Below the pieces are notes generated by a model, which was not told the DNA's origin, did not search any database, and worked only from the letters and a program-made list of their open reading frames with translations. A stretch of DNA of 64,000 bases, taken from contig OX597826.1 of assembly GCA_951406725.2 (NCBI GenBank), positions 71,362,001 to 71,426,000 of the forward strand, in the 5' to 3' direction. Within the stretch, counting starts at the first letter, position 1. The number at the start of each line of letters is the position of its first letter. Shown here piece after piece: positions 12,190 to 25,656 of this stretch. The position numbers and the translations under genes are program-made. This stretch comes from Octopus vulgaris. Taxonomy: Eukaryota.

Positions 12190-12826
12190 AATAATAAGCG
12201 GACCACTCATCTAAAGAAATTAGTGAACCTTCTGCACATTCTCTTTCTATAATTGGGATCAGACTGTTCCCGTCATGCCGTTTCACACACAAAAGTATCG
12301 ACAGCCTGAGCCTTGTTTGAGACCAAAAACCCACGGCCCATCAATTCTACGTCCAAGGTTCCTGTTCTTTCATTGTTCTGCATCCCTGTCTTCAAAGAGA
12401 AGAGCGTTGTCACCAATTCAGCATTTTTCCTCGATTGTCGCTTCATCGACCAGCAAATCATGCTTTGTCGATCAAAATGAGGCCATCGTTTGATTCAACC
12501 ATCTTCCCTTGTCATACATAATAAACTATGGCTCCACAAACCTCGCGGCACATATTGAACCAATCGGTTATTGTATTTTCAGATTTTCCTGTCAGAGTCA
12601 CTGCTGTGGTCATGGGTACTTCCATGACAAAGAAAAATATTAGTTCTAAAATATCACTCAGGCTCAGCTTGCAGTTTCATTTGTTGTTAATGTCCGTACA
12701 ATGGAAAAATTGGTTTACTTTACAAACTGAACTTTTAAGGTTGATAACCCTGGCTATACTGTTTGACAACATGGTAGACTGCATACTATACCAGCGCCTA
12801 AATTGTTTTCTTCTGAACCGCGTGTA
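12190..12826 (-). pseudogene. Merlin/IS1595-like (ISXO2) DDE transposase remnant
   Basis: Minus translation TITDWFNMCREVC ... RNLGRRIDGPWVFGLK...RYFCV/KRHDGNSLIPIIERECAEGSLISLDEWSAY, with stops and frameshifts. Confidence 0.8.
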
Positions 12827-12856
12827 CATACATATATAAACAGATATATATTATAT

Positions 12857-13351
12857 GTAGAAAAATACAAACTGGGACAAGAACGTAAAACATTTAGAAG
12901 ACGATACAACAAACACGAACGGGACATTCGAAGCCTTCAATCTTCAGTCAAGAACCGGATCATCCTGCCGTGAGAACATCGTTGTCTTCGTCTGCCGATA
13001 AAGGCATTTTTTCCAAAATAGCCAGCTAAACTAAGTTGTACTGTTTATTAGTTGTAAGACACCCGCTGTTTTTGTCCTGTTTTTACAATTATTGTTTTTT
13101 GTATTTTATATTCGTGTAGCATCGTCCGTTTTTCTGTCCCTGTTTCGTATACATTCGATCCTTCTTCCAAGAAATCTAATGCTCGTAGCTTAGTTTTTCC
13201 TTGGGGCTGGCCGGATCGGAGCGATCTCAAGATTAATCAGCCGAAATTGCTAGGATGATCCGGTTCTTGACTGAAGATTGAAGGCTTCGAATGTGTTTTT
13301 TGTATCGTCTTCTAAATGTTTTACGTTCTTGTCCCAGTTTGTATTTTTCTA
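12857..13351. mobile_element. PLE-like element with terminal inverted copy (12857-12967 vs 13252-13351)
   Basis: Arms are reverse complements; related sequence at 24900-25230 and 60600-60712; degenerate hammerhead-like ggcug/cagcc-GAAA near 13200-13255. Confidence 0.55.
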
Positions 13352-13406
13352 CGTATAATATATATAGCGACGTCCGTACCCTCTTTGGCCTTATGTAAGT
13401 ATGTAA

Positions 13407-13466
<60 letters not shown>

Positions 13467-13638
13467 TACCAATTATATACGTTTTTATTATTACTTTTTT
13501 GCAATTTACTTAATCATCGGTATTTTATTGTTATATTAATTTTAATATTTTTATTATATGTAATTTTCTAGATGGTGTAATTTTAATTGTTCATTTTGAA
13601 TTGATAAAAGGTGTATTTTTTAAATTTATATATATATG

Positions 13639-13685
<47 letters not shown>

Positions 13686-13971
13686 CTGTGTGAAATTTGA
13701 ATTAGTATTTCTAAATTGTAAGTTAGGATTAATATTCCCTCAAATAATTATATATATATATATATACACACATATATATATATATTGTTATATTTCGGAA
13801 TAGTTATTTTGCCAGTTTAGCCAATAATATATATTATACTTTGATACTTTGATAGGTTTCGGCCATTATTGGCCCAGGCCATGTCTAACTTAATAGCACC
13901 ACCTGATAAAAACGGTAAGATAACAAAAGAAAGAAAGAGACCTCAATATTATGTAAATAGAGGAATTTATC

Positions 13972-14171
13972 TGTAAATGTAATATCTGAGAATTATTCTG
14001 TAGCCAAGATAAAACTCTGAGTTTCGGATGCTGAGGTGGAAACGCACGCCAACATCTCTTTTTCAGATTCACACGGATAACTGAAGAGATGGTGACGTGT
14101 ATTTCCACCTCGGCATCCGAAACTCAGAGTTTTATCTTGGCTACAGAATAATTCTCACATATTACATTTAC
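13972..14171 (+). ncRNA. Fold-back element containing a hammerhead candidate at 14076-14136
   Basis: Arms 13972-14042 / 14102-14171; gauaa-CUGAAGA-gaug..cauc-c-GAAA-cucagag-UU-uuauc. Confidence 0.6.
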
Positions 14172-14363
14172 ATATATATATATAGTCGGTCTATGAGGTT
14201 ACCCGGTGTTTCACGCTCCTAAAGAACTTAGCATTACAGCATCTCTTCCCACCCTGGTGACCGGTGGCCTATACCATCTCTTCAAAAATGAGGTAAGAAA
14301 AGACCACTTTGCCAGCTGAACACACGCACAAAGAGTGGATTGTCTCCCTTAGACCACTATCTA

Positions 14364-14603
14364 CTGGGTTGTCCGGAAAGTTCGTGCCGATTTATAGTAG
14401 CTTACCTTTCGACTTATTTTAGAAAATGGTTGAGTCCATAAAATAGGATTTCTGGGAAGAGGGTATTTTCAATTTAAAGGAAAGATGGAGATGCATTGTG
14501 CAACAAAATGGTTCATATTTGGTTGATTAAAAATGTACTGGCAAGTATTTATTGACCATTTTGTTTCCTTTAAAAATCGGCACGAACTTTCCGGACAACC
14601 CAA
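14364..14603. mobile_element. mariner-type MITE (240 bp)
   Basis: TIRs tgggttgtccggaaagttcgtgccgattt / aaatcggcacgaactttccggacaaccca, flanked by TA. Confidence 0.9.
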
Positions 14604-14663
14604 TATAATCGCTTGTGAGGGATGCAGGACTGTATATATACATATATATGTGTGTGTATGCAT

Positions 14664-14695
<32 letters not shown>

Positions 14696-14716
14696 GTATG
14701 TGTGTATATATATGTA

Positions 14717-14771
<55 letters not shown>

Positions 14772-14816
14772 TATCGAAGTCGTCTACCCTCACAAGCCGA
14801 TTATATACATGTGTGT

Positions 14817-15062
14817 GTAGAGGCGCGTGGCTTAGTGGTTAGGGTGTCAGCATCATGATCGTGAGATTGTGCTTTCGATTCCTGGACCGGGCGACGCGTT
14901 GTGTTCTTGAGCAAAACACTTCATTTCACGTTGCTCCAGTCCACTCAGCTGGCAAAAATGAGTAACGTTGCGATGGACTGGCGTCCCGTCCAACTGGGGA
15001 ACACATACGCCATTGAAACCGAGAAACCAGGCCCATGAGCCTGGCTAGGCTTTAAAAGGGTG
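14817..15062 (+). mobile_element. tRNA-derived SINE family E
   Basis: Head gcgtggcttagtggttagg...ttcgattcc, CORE-like gttcttgagcaaaacactt, and tgcgatggactggcgtcccgtcca resembling the V-SINE domain (recalled). Confidence 0.75.
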
Positions 15063-15124
15063 CATTTCTTTATTTAATATTGTATATAAATATATATATA
15101 TATATATGTATACACACACATACA

Positions 15125-15521
15125 TCTTTATATATAAAAGTAAGGTTGTGTGTCTGTCTCCTACGATTTAGATTCTTAACTACTCCCACATTTTGCGGTG
15201 CAGTTTAACCAAAACCGGGTATCTTATAGTTGTAATTCATATCGAGCCCTTCTGGGTATTAGCGCGCGTCTACGATGAGTCTACGATTAAAAAAAAAAAT
15301 TTACCATCATTTTTTTCCATTTTAATGCATTTTTCGCTATTATATAAGGGAAGTAGCTCTCTAAAAATATCTACGATGAGTCAACGATTTTTTAAAAAAT
15401 TTAACATCATTTTTTTTACATTTTTAATGCATTTTTTTGCTATTTTTGGCTATAACTCTCTAAAAATGCTTATATAGTTATTTCCCTTACAAACCCGAGC
15501 AACGCCGGGCGATACTGCTAG
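15125..15521 (+). mobile_element. Non-autonomous Helitron
   Basis: A|TC start, subterminal hairpin cccg-agcaacgc-cggg, CTAG|T end; inverted copy at 35302-35695. Confidence 0.85.
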
Positions 15522-15524
15522 TAT

Positions 15525-15902
15525 ATATATATATAAAGCTGAGGTTGTCTGTGTATGGCAGGTTTGGTAGCCTTCAACTAACACTATCTTCTCTGAGACC
15601 CTGCAGCGCAAGTTGACCAAAATTGAGAGTATGATAGAAGAAGGCTTGCTCTTCATTCCGTAGAAGAAAAAATTCAAATCTGATCATGTTAACACCAAAA
15701 ATTATTTACATCCAAAAGGTGTTTTTTTTTTCTATGAAAATCCCTATTTTTTACGATTTTTTGACTGCTGTGTCGCCATTTTTCGGTGTATTTCAACCAG
15801 AAAGATGTTCACTTAAAGAGAATAACAAGCTACATAATGCAAAATTTTTACTAATTCTAAAGGGTCGAAGCAAACCCGAGCAACGCCGGGCGATATTGCT
15901 AG
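15525..15902 (+). mobile_element. Second non-autonomous Helitron subtype, head-to-tail with the first
   Basis: Same 3' hairpin and CTAG|T, different body; inverted copy at 22413-22785. Confidence 0.85.
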
Positions 15903-16128
15903 TATATATAAATATATATATATATATACTATCGAAGTTCTAGGCGTTCACAAGCCGACCAGAGATAGCGATCTAAGGGAGACAATCCACTCTTCGTGTG
16001 TTCAGCTAGCAAAGTTGTCTTTTCTTCCCTCACTTTGAAGAGATGCTACCGGCCATGAAGGTGAGAAGAGATGCTGTAAAGCTAATTGCATTATGAGTGT
16101 GAAGCACCGGGTAACCCCATAGACCGAC

Positions 16129-16189
<61 letters not shown>

Positions 16190-16472
16190 GTATCTATCTA
16201 TCTATCTATCTATCTATATACATGCGGTTCGGAAGAAAACAATTTGGGTGATAATATAGTGTGCGGTCTACCACGTTGTCAAACGGTATACCCAGGGTTA
16301 TCTACCTTACACGTCCAGTTTGTAAAGGAAATCAATTTTTCCACGTGTGTGTGTTAGTGTGTGTGTAAACATCGTATTCTATTTTAACTTTTATATTTGT
16401 TTTTGTTTTTTTTATTCTTTATTTATTTCTGTTACTGATTTATTTATAAACTTTTTCATTTCTTTTTTATTA

Positions 16473-16695
16473 CTTTTAATTTTCATTCCTTTATTGATTT
16501 TGTATTAGTTTTAATTTTTTTATCCCTTGGTTCATACATTCACGCATACACACACACCTTTCTACACACTCATACATAGACACGTGCACGGCCACATCCA
16601 CAGAAAGGCATATATGCATACACACAGACGGAGAAAGGAAATCGCCAACGATATATACATACATGTATATTTATACATATACATGCATACATACA

Positions 16696-16756
<61 letters not shown>

Positions 16757-16986
16757 GTATGTATGTATGTATGCATGTATATGTATAAATATACATGTAT
16801 GTATATATCGTTGGCGATTTTCTTTCTCCGTCTGTGTGTATGCATATATGCCTTTCTGTGGATGTGGCCGTGCACGTGTCTATGTATGAGTGTGTAGAAA
16901 GGTGTGTGTGTATGCGTGAATGTGTGAACCAAGGGATAAAAAAATTAAAACTAATACAAAATCAATAAAGGAATGAAAATTAAAAG
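16473..16986. repeat. Near-perfect palindrome of about 514 bp centred on a TA/TACA microsatellite
   Basis: Arms are reverse complements; the ORF track gives near-identical 120-aa peptides on both strands. Confidence 0.95.
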
Positions 16987-17664
16987 AGGGGAAAATTCTT
17001 ATGAATTAACCCCGAAATTTGGCCCAATACGGTAATAACGGATTTTTTAGAAATTTCTATCGGTTTGTTTCGAGACGCATAAATTATAATGGTTATTGAC
17101 AATTTTGTCTTTTTTTCAGCATATTTGGCATTAGAATTTTTCTTTTGTCCTTATTTTGTAAATTATTTATAAATTTAACCTTTAAAGGTATTTTTTTATA
17201 TGCTGGCCATTGATAAAATTTTTTTCTCAAAAAAAATTTTTATCCTACATTAGTTATAAATTGAATAGTGTTCACTTCCGGATTCTCTCACTCTGCGAAA
17301 GTTTCTAGTTCGAATCACACGTGTCTCGAGATGTGCTGAAGATTTTCTATTTTGGATATATTTGGGGTACTTAGGTCTGCTCAGGACTTAGTGCTTGCTT
17401 TTTCCATGGGTATGAGTAAGTATTTCACTTATATCTCACGTATTTATCGCTGAAGAGGGGAAAATTCTTATGAATTAACCCCGAAATTGGGACCAATACG
17501 GTAATAACGGATTTTTTAGAAATTTCTATCGGTTTGTTTCGAGACGCATAAATTATAATGGTTATTAACAATTTTTGTCTTTTTTTCCGCATATTTAAAG
17601 GTATTTTTTGATATGCTGGCCATTGATAAATTTTTTTTCTCGAGAAAAAAATTTTATCCTACAT

Positions 17665-17669
<5 letters not shown>
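16984..17669 (+). mobile_element. PLE-like pseudo-LTR tandem (16984-17255 and 17453-17669)
   Basis: Direct repeats, each beginning in a hammerhead motif; the second has an internal deletion and ends at (TA)n. Confidence 0.7.
17444..17504 (+). ncRNA. Type-I hammerhead ribozyme candidate (best in window)
   Basis: Stem I uuaucg/cgguaa, CUGAAGA, stem II gggg/cccc, GAAA, stem III uugg-ga-ccaa, AUA cleavage triplet. Confidence 0.8.
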
Positions 17670-17724
<55 letters not shown>

Positions 17725-17729
17725 TCTGT

Positions 17730-18134
17730 CTTTCATTCTTTTACTTGTTTCAGTCATTTGATGTGGCCATGCTGGAGCACTGCCTTTAGTCGGGCAAATC
17801 GACCCCAGGAATTATTCTTTGTAAGCCTAGTACTTATTCTATCGGTCTCTTTTGCCGAACCGCCAAGTTACGGGGATGTAAACACACCACCAACGGTTGT
17901 CAAACGATGTTGGGGGGGGGGGGTCAAACACAGACACACAAACATGTACACACACATATATACATATAAACGACGGGCTTCTTTCAGTTTCCGTCTACCA
18001 AATCTACTCACAAGGCTCTGGTCGGCCCGAGGCTATAGTAGAAGATACTTGCCCAAAGTGCCACGTAGTGGGACTGAACCCGGAACCATGTGGTTGGTAA
18101 GCAAGCTACTTACGATACAGTCACTCCTACGCCT
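17730..18134 (-). mobile_element. CORE-type SINE family D
   Basis: Family D consensus. Confidence 0.85.
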
Positions 18135-18489
18135 GACCGCGAGTGTACCATTGGCGATTTTTTTTCCTCCGTCTTCCCTTCCTTGGATCTTTCGTCTTCC
18201 TATGTTTCCGAGGAAGAGCTCCGCTTGAAACGTTCAATCCTCCTTCTTTCTTTCCTTTCCTGAGCGTCCAATAACACTGTACTTGTTCCACGTCCTCGCG
18301 TTGTTGTGTTTTCTCTGTTATTGGACACTCACGAAAGGAAAGAAAGAAGGAGGATTGAACGTTTCGAGCGGAGCTCTTCCTCGGAAACATAGGAAGACGA
18401 AAGATCCAAGGAAGGGAAGACGGAAGAAAAAGATCGCCAATGGTACACTCACGGTCAGGCGTAGGAGTGGCTGAGTCGTAAGTAGCTTG
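18102..18489. repeat. Inverted repeat (about 175-bp arms, 39-nt loop): PLE-like fragment plus copied SINE head
   Basis: 18102-18276 is the reverse complement of 18316-18489. Confidence 0.9.
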
Positions 18490-18861
18490 TTACATCCCCA
18501 AAACTTAGCGGTTCAATAACCGAGCCTAATAAGTTAAGTATTAGGCTTACAATGTATAAGTACGGGGGTCGATTTCTTCAACTAAAAGGTGGTGCTCCAG
18601 TATGACCACAGTCAAATGACTGAAACAAGTAAATAAATGAAAATATATGTACGTATATGCGTGTGTGTGTGTAGTTGCAGCCAGGTTTTCAAGTTGTCTT
18701 TCTTCAACTTCTCTTTCTCTCTACCCCCTGACAAAGGATTATATCCGAAACGTTGGATATTCTACTCCTCACGGCAAGTTCACTCTACCCCTTTTACTTC
18801 TTTCCATATTTTTTCAAGTTTTGCCAACGCAGAGCTACACAAGCCTCTTTGTGGTTTGCCT

Positions 18862-19177
<316 letters not shown>

Positions 19178-19494
19178 GGAGTAAGCACATAAATGTGAAA
19201 CAAGGTGGAAAAAAAGAGTACTCAAATACCAGAGTAAGAGTAATACGCTCTATTTAAAAGCTCATAAGATCGTTACCTTTTCCTTTCTTTTTCTTCCCCC
19301 TCTCTGCGTTTTACTTCAAGTCTATATTTATACACCAAGTGATTTTTGCATGCGGACAAGATTGCGCATACATATGTATATGTGTATTTGTGTGTATATT
19401 TACGTTTTGCATTTATATGTCTGCATATGTATGTAGTCTGTGTATATCCATCTGTGTATTTTGATGTATATATGTATATTGATGGTTTAAATAA

Positions 19495-19752
19495 TAAAAT
19501 AATAATAAAAACATTGTGTACAGTGCTCAGGTGCACTACAACTCATCTAAAGTGTATGTATAATCAGGTGTAGTCTCGGCGGATTTCGGAAAGCATGAGG
19601 GCCTTAAAGGATGCAGTGTCATGGCAGTCAACAACTGACGCAGGCAGTTTGTTCCATGCTTCAGCAACTCTGAGCGTGAAAAAATGTTTCCGAAAGTCAT
19701 GGGAGCTGTGTTGTTTTCTGACTTTGTAGGCATGTCCACGTGAGTTAGACAC
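19495..19752 (-). mobile_element. CR1-like LINE 3' end
   Basis: SRGHAYKVRK...RKHFFTLRVAEAWNKLPASVV...SFK is the typical CR1-group ORF2 C-terminus. Confidence 0.8.
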
Positions 19753-20148
19753 GTATTAGTATATACTGTTGTGAAATATTTTATTTTAATTTTTATGTAT
19801 TAATTGTATTAATCGAATTATATTTTCTATATAATTAATGACAATATGTATTTTAAATCCGCTCTTCGATTTAAGGTTTTTCCTCGATTTTTTAATAATT
19901 TATATTGAATTCATTTATTTCGTTTATTTTGTTTTTCGCATGCTTAAGACCGTTATTTCACAGGACCAATGAAACAAATCCATTTTTAAAGGTGTATCCT
20001 TTAACTAGTTTTGATCAAATTGTTACTTCTGTTCTATTTTAACAAAACTGTCCGACGAACGGGAACGTGAAATTGATGTAATGATTGCATTGTTCAATTA
20101 AATAGATTCGCTTGAAACGGTCGTACTGCATCATCATTTCATATCCTG

Positions 20149-20215
<67 letters not shown>

Positions 20216-20402
20216 TATGTGTGTGTATGTGTGTGTGTCTGCATTTGTCTCCCCACTATCGCTTGATAACCAATGTTGGTGTGTTTACATCCCCAAAACT
20301 TAGCGGTTCAATAATATTTATATTATATTATATTATATTATATTATATTATATTATATTATATTATATTATATTTGTTACATTTCTACTGCTTTTAAATA
20401 AA

Positions 20403-20471
<69 letters not shown>

Positions 20472-20745
20472 CAATAATAATAATTTATATATTTTGCATT
20501 TTTCACATCTCTCTAACTCCGAAACGCGTATACAGTTAATCAGAGCCGGGTAGATTCGTTATTTTTTTCTCTTTACCTGCGTGGGTTGATGAGTATTGCT
20601 GTCTGGGAGATGTCATATAGTAGTAGAATAGTAGATTTTAACAGCTATTTCTAAATTTCGGTATGTGGTGAAGCAAATTTTGCTGAACCCTAATTATAAT
20701 TATACTCATAATTATATAGAATTTATATACATACATACATACATA

Positions 20746-20817
<72 letters not shown>

Positions 20818-21297
20818 ATAGTGTCTGAAGTGGTGTACAGATAGTGTATATTGAGAAAAAGGAGGCAGTCAGAGTTTTGGATAATTCTTTGTGAGCACTT
20901 TCGTTCGTTTTTCGAACTCGTCAAGACAAAATGAAAATGGTAAAAACAGAACGTTTCGTTGCTCATTTATATCGGATGCTGCTTTGCTTTGTTTAGAAGA
21001 GGAGAATATTGTTTTTGTTTTCGGGAAAAAATGAGGAGAGAGAGAGAAAGAAAAGCGGAACACGCATACAGGGTGCGGACAGTATCAATTCACAATTTCC
21101 AGCTACTAATTGTACACGTATTTTTTTCTTTTCCTTTTTACTTTCAGTTTCCGTCCACCAAACACACTCACAAGACTTTGGACAGCCCGAGACTATAATG
21201 GAAGACACTCGCCCAAGGTGCCACGCAGTGGGACTCAACCTGGAACAGTGTGGTTGGGAAACAAACTTCTTACCACAAAGCCATACCCACAGGAGCA

Positions 21298-21760
21298 AAT
21301 AAGCCCAACGGTTGATTCGTAATCAAAATCCGGTTTGTAGTTGTTAAGGTTTACATATGATATCCTAGATACATAGATCTCGGTCGTATCCGCTCAATTA
21401 CAGTTATTAACAATATTGAGCCCTTCAGAATTAATTTTAAGGGTAGACCTAAATGCACGATTACTATTGCTATAATGCTCCCTACAAATTACGTTATTAT
21501 GTTTAGGTTATAGAAATTTCCCATTTTGTCGGGATGCCCAAGAACCCCTGATACTTAACTGAACTTTCTGATGAGGTTGACCAGTTTCTTTCGGTATTCA
21601 TTCCGTAATGGGTATTTTTTGAATTTCATAGTCCCAATCATACTAATGAAATCCTTCTCGAACCCTGCGAAATAGGGGCCATATTGTGGATTATACTAAG
21701 GCTTGAATTCAAGCTTCAAATCGCTGTTGATATTCTGCGTTTGTTGGAATGATAAGCCTT
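21298..21760 (-). pseudogene. Penelope-like element RT N-terminal remnant
   Basis: Minus translation FEKDFISMIGTMKF...HPDKMGNFYNL...KINSEG...YVNLNNYKPDF...TVGLI resembles PLE motifs ADKTxNFY and ITLKDHKxNF...RLINP; in-frame stops. Confidence 0.65.
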
Positions 21761-22091
21761 CCACCGCAATCATTGTACGAAGTCGACTACATACACATTT
21801 ATCAAAAACTAGCGTCCTTTGAATCGATCTACTCATCTGTCTATGTTAGAAATCATTACTGTAAGGCCAATGAGTTGCGTGATGATGAACTTGTAGAGCG
21901 TGAAACAAAACCGTGTACGACGCTGACTTACGTTCCTTCAGTGTCTGCGATCAAATCCTGCCACGGTCTGTTTTTTGCGTGTCGACCTTCATCGGTCAAT
22001 AAAATAAAATAATTGTCAAATTAGATTTAATTAGCTTTACTAGTCTCCACACCACCAAATTTTAGGTCCTGTGCCTTTAGTAGAAAGGATT

Positions 22092-22165
<74 letters not shown>

Positions 22166-22412
22166 ATTGGATATCCACTAAACTGTTTCCCCTAAAAGCT
22201 GTTGGCCTTACACCAAAATTTGAAAAAATGGCCAGTTGTCAGAATCGTTAGCGTGTCGAACAAAATGCTTAAAGAAATTTTTTCTGACTCTTTACATTTT
22301 GAGTTCAAATCTCACCGAGGCCAACTTTGGCTTTCACCAAGTCAGAACATTCAGCTGTTTGCTTTCTGTTGCAAGCTATATGTAATGAACACACACACAA
22401 AATTATAATATA

Positions 22413-22785
22413 CTAGCAGTATCGCCCGGCGTTGCTCGGGTTTGTTTCGACCCTTTAGAATTGGAATTTTTGAAAAGTAAAAATTTTGCATTATGTAGCT
22501 TGTGAACATTTTTCTGGTTGAAATACACTGAAAAATGGCGACACAGCAGTCAAAAAATTGTAAAAAATAGGGATTTTCATAGAAAAAAAGCACCTTTTTA
22601 TGTAACTAATTTTTGGTGTTAACATGGTCCGATTTGAATATTTTCTTCTACGGAAGCAAGCCTTCTTCTATCATACTCTCAATTTTGGTCAACTTGCACC
22701 GCAGGGTCTCGGAGGAGATAGTGATAGTTGAAGGCTACCAAACCTGCCATACACAGACAACTTCAGCTTTATATATAGAGAGAGA
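22413..22785 (-). mobile_element. Non-autonomous Helitron (subtype 2)
   Basis: Reverse complement of 15525-15902; TC...hairpin-CTAG ends. Confidence 0.85.
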
Positions 22786-23267
22786 TTTCATTTAAAAGAT
22801 AATTTATTATCATTTTTGATTTTCGATCGGAAGTTCATGCTCGAGGCTCTTTAACGAGTATCCAAGACTGGTGGGCTGCAGGTACTTCAAACATGGCCTG
22901 CTAAGCTGTCAGGTAGAGGCGCTAAGTCGGGAAGTGGAATTAACAATGTTGTCTATGTAGGAAGTGGTAGGATTTGAACTCAGAACTCGAAGACCCAAAC
23001 CAATCACGACAAGGCATGTGATTCAGATTACAATTCAACAATTACATTACTCTTTATTGGTACATTCTACTGGCCCAAAAGAATGCAAAGCAAAATGGCC
23101 TTCGACTGGAGGCTGGGGCTTGAACTAAGATCACACAGAGTCGATACAAGCAGTGAGAGGTTTTGATCCGATCCTCTAATGATTCTGCCAATTCGCCGCC
23201 ATAAGTTAGTTCTACTATAATTATTGTTTTCGATCAATGTGTCTTTCGTCCAATTTGTTTTTCTATA

Positions 23268-23640
23268 TCTTTTACTCTTTTACGTGTTTCAGTCATTTGA
23301 CTGCGGCCATGCTGGAGCACCGCCTTTAGTCGAGCAACTCGACCCCGGGACTTATTCTTTGTAAGCCCAGTACTTATTCTATCGGTCTCTTTTGCCGAAC
23401 TGCTAAGTGACGGGGACATACACACACCAGCATCGGTTGTCAAGCAATGCTAGGGGGACAAACACAGACACATAAACACACACACACACACATAAATATA
23501 TATACATATATACGACAGGCTTTTTTCAGTTTCCGTCTACCAAATCCACTCACAAGGCATTGGTCGGCCCGGGGCTATAGCAGAAGACACTTGCCCATGA
23601 TGCCACGCAGTGGGACTGAACCCGGAACCATGTGGTTGGT
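23268..23640 (-). mobile_element. CORE-type SINE family D
   Basis: Family D consensus. Confidence 0.85.
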
Positions 23641-23918
23641 TATCTTTTAACCAACATACTTTCCACCAATGTGTTTCAATGAATTTACCATATGCCATAT
23701 GCGCGCGATCGCGCGTCTGTGTGATTTCTTGTTTGTTTTCAGCGACTCAAATTTTACATTTAATCTATTTATTCAATGCTGCTTTGTGCGACGTAATATA
23801 ATTCCAGCGTGAGCAAGCATTACATTACGAACATCAGCAAAAATTTCCATATGCTGTTTTTATAAGAATAATTTCGTTAGTAAGGGGGAGACACACAAAT
23901 AAGAAAGAAGAAAGCAAA

Positions 23919-23963
23919 GGACCACTGATGAGGTCACAGAAGGGTGACGAAAGAGCTCTGGCC
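23919..23963 (+). ncRNA. Minimal hammerhead ribozyme candidate
   Basis: cca-CUGAUGA-g-gucac/gugac-GAAA-gagcuc-ugg; palindromic stem III region. Confidence 0.55.
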
Positions 23964-24171
23964 GAAATAAGATTAAGATTAATGTAAAAAGTAAATAAAG
24001 CTGGAGCAAATTAACACCAAATATATAGTGCGTGAGTTTTTATTGGCTAAACTGGCAAAATGACCATTCCTAAATACAACAAATTCTATTTTCGTAACAG
24101 ACGAAGCGGGATTACACAGAAATGCTTGTGTCCTACGAATTACTCACAGACCAAAATAAAATGTGGTTTTG

Positions 24172-24551
24172 CTTACTTGTTTCAACCATTTCCCTGCTGC
24201 CATGCTGGAGCACCACCTTTAGTCGAGCAAATCGACCCCAGGACTTATTCTTTGTAAGCCTAGTATTTATTCTATCGGTTTCTCTTGCCGAACCGCTAGG
24301 TTACGGGGACGAAAACACACCACCATCGGTTGTCGGGACAAACACAGACACACAAACATGTACAGACACATACTTATATATATACATATATACTACGGGC
24401 TTCTTTCAGTTTCCGTCTACCAAATCCACTCACAAGGCTTTGGTCAGCCCGAGGCTATAGTAGAAGATGCTTGCCCAAGGTGCCACGCAGTGGGACTGAA
24501 CCCGGAACCATGTGGTTGGTAAGCAAGCTACTTACCACACAGCCACTCCTG
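24172..24551 (-). mobile_element. CORE-type SINE family D
   Basis: Family D consensus; followed by (TA)n to about 24851. Confidence 0.85.
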
Positions 24552-24660
<109 letters not shown>

Positions 24661-24674
24661 TATATAATATATAT

Positions 24675-24852
<178 letters not shown>

Positions 24853-25656
24853 TTTCATATAAGAGACCGAAGTGTACGTTCGCCGCTATATTTTTTTATA
24901 TATAAAAATACAAAAATGAACGCAAAACATCCAGTCAGTCAATACAAAAGGAAACAAAGACGGCTCATTCGGAGTTTTCTATCCTCAGTCGAATTCCAGA
25001 TTAGCTTTGCAATTTCGGCTGGTTATACTCGAGATTGCTCCAATCTGGCCAGCCCCAAGGAAAAACTAAGCGAAGAGTATTAGATTCCTTGGAAGAAACC
25101 AGCGAACGTATACGAAAACAAGGACGAAAATAAAAACGGAGAATGTTACACAAATACAAATGCAAATAACAGGACATAACAACAGGTGTCTTTCGACTAA
25201 GGATGAATTAAATTAAGCTGGCGAGATGACAGGCATGAGGAGGAATATAGATGTTGCACGGATGGTAGTCTAACCAAGAAAGAAAGACCAGGCTTGGTCG
25301 AACACCGGTCACGTGGGGAGAGAAGAGAGGGAGAGATAGAGGCAGATGGATCACTTCACTGTGTCTGTTTCATTTTTCTCTCCCCACCTTAATTCTTCTA
25401 TCTCTCTTATCTTTTATGCAAATGCAACAGAGAAAAACAAAACATTCCGATTCACCAAACCAGAATTTAATGAGTCCGAGCCACTCAGCCACTGAGTATT
25501 TCTGCCAAATTTGGGGAAAATTCGTCCAGCCGTTTCCTAGTAATTTTGCAAACACACAGACAAGCAGACGAAGATGAATGAATAGAATAAACTGCTTTCG
25601 CCAACGCGCGTAGGGTAAATATATACATGCATACAAATATGTACTTTCATACTTAT

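Noticed and set aside
21568-21575. Isolated ctgatga as a hammerhead core
   Set aside because: No matching stem II/GAAA/stem I arrangement; it lies antisense within the PLE RT relic.
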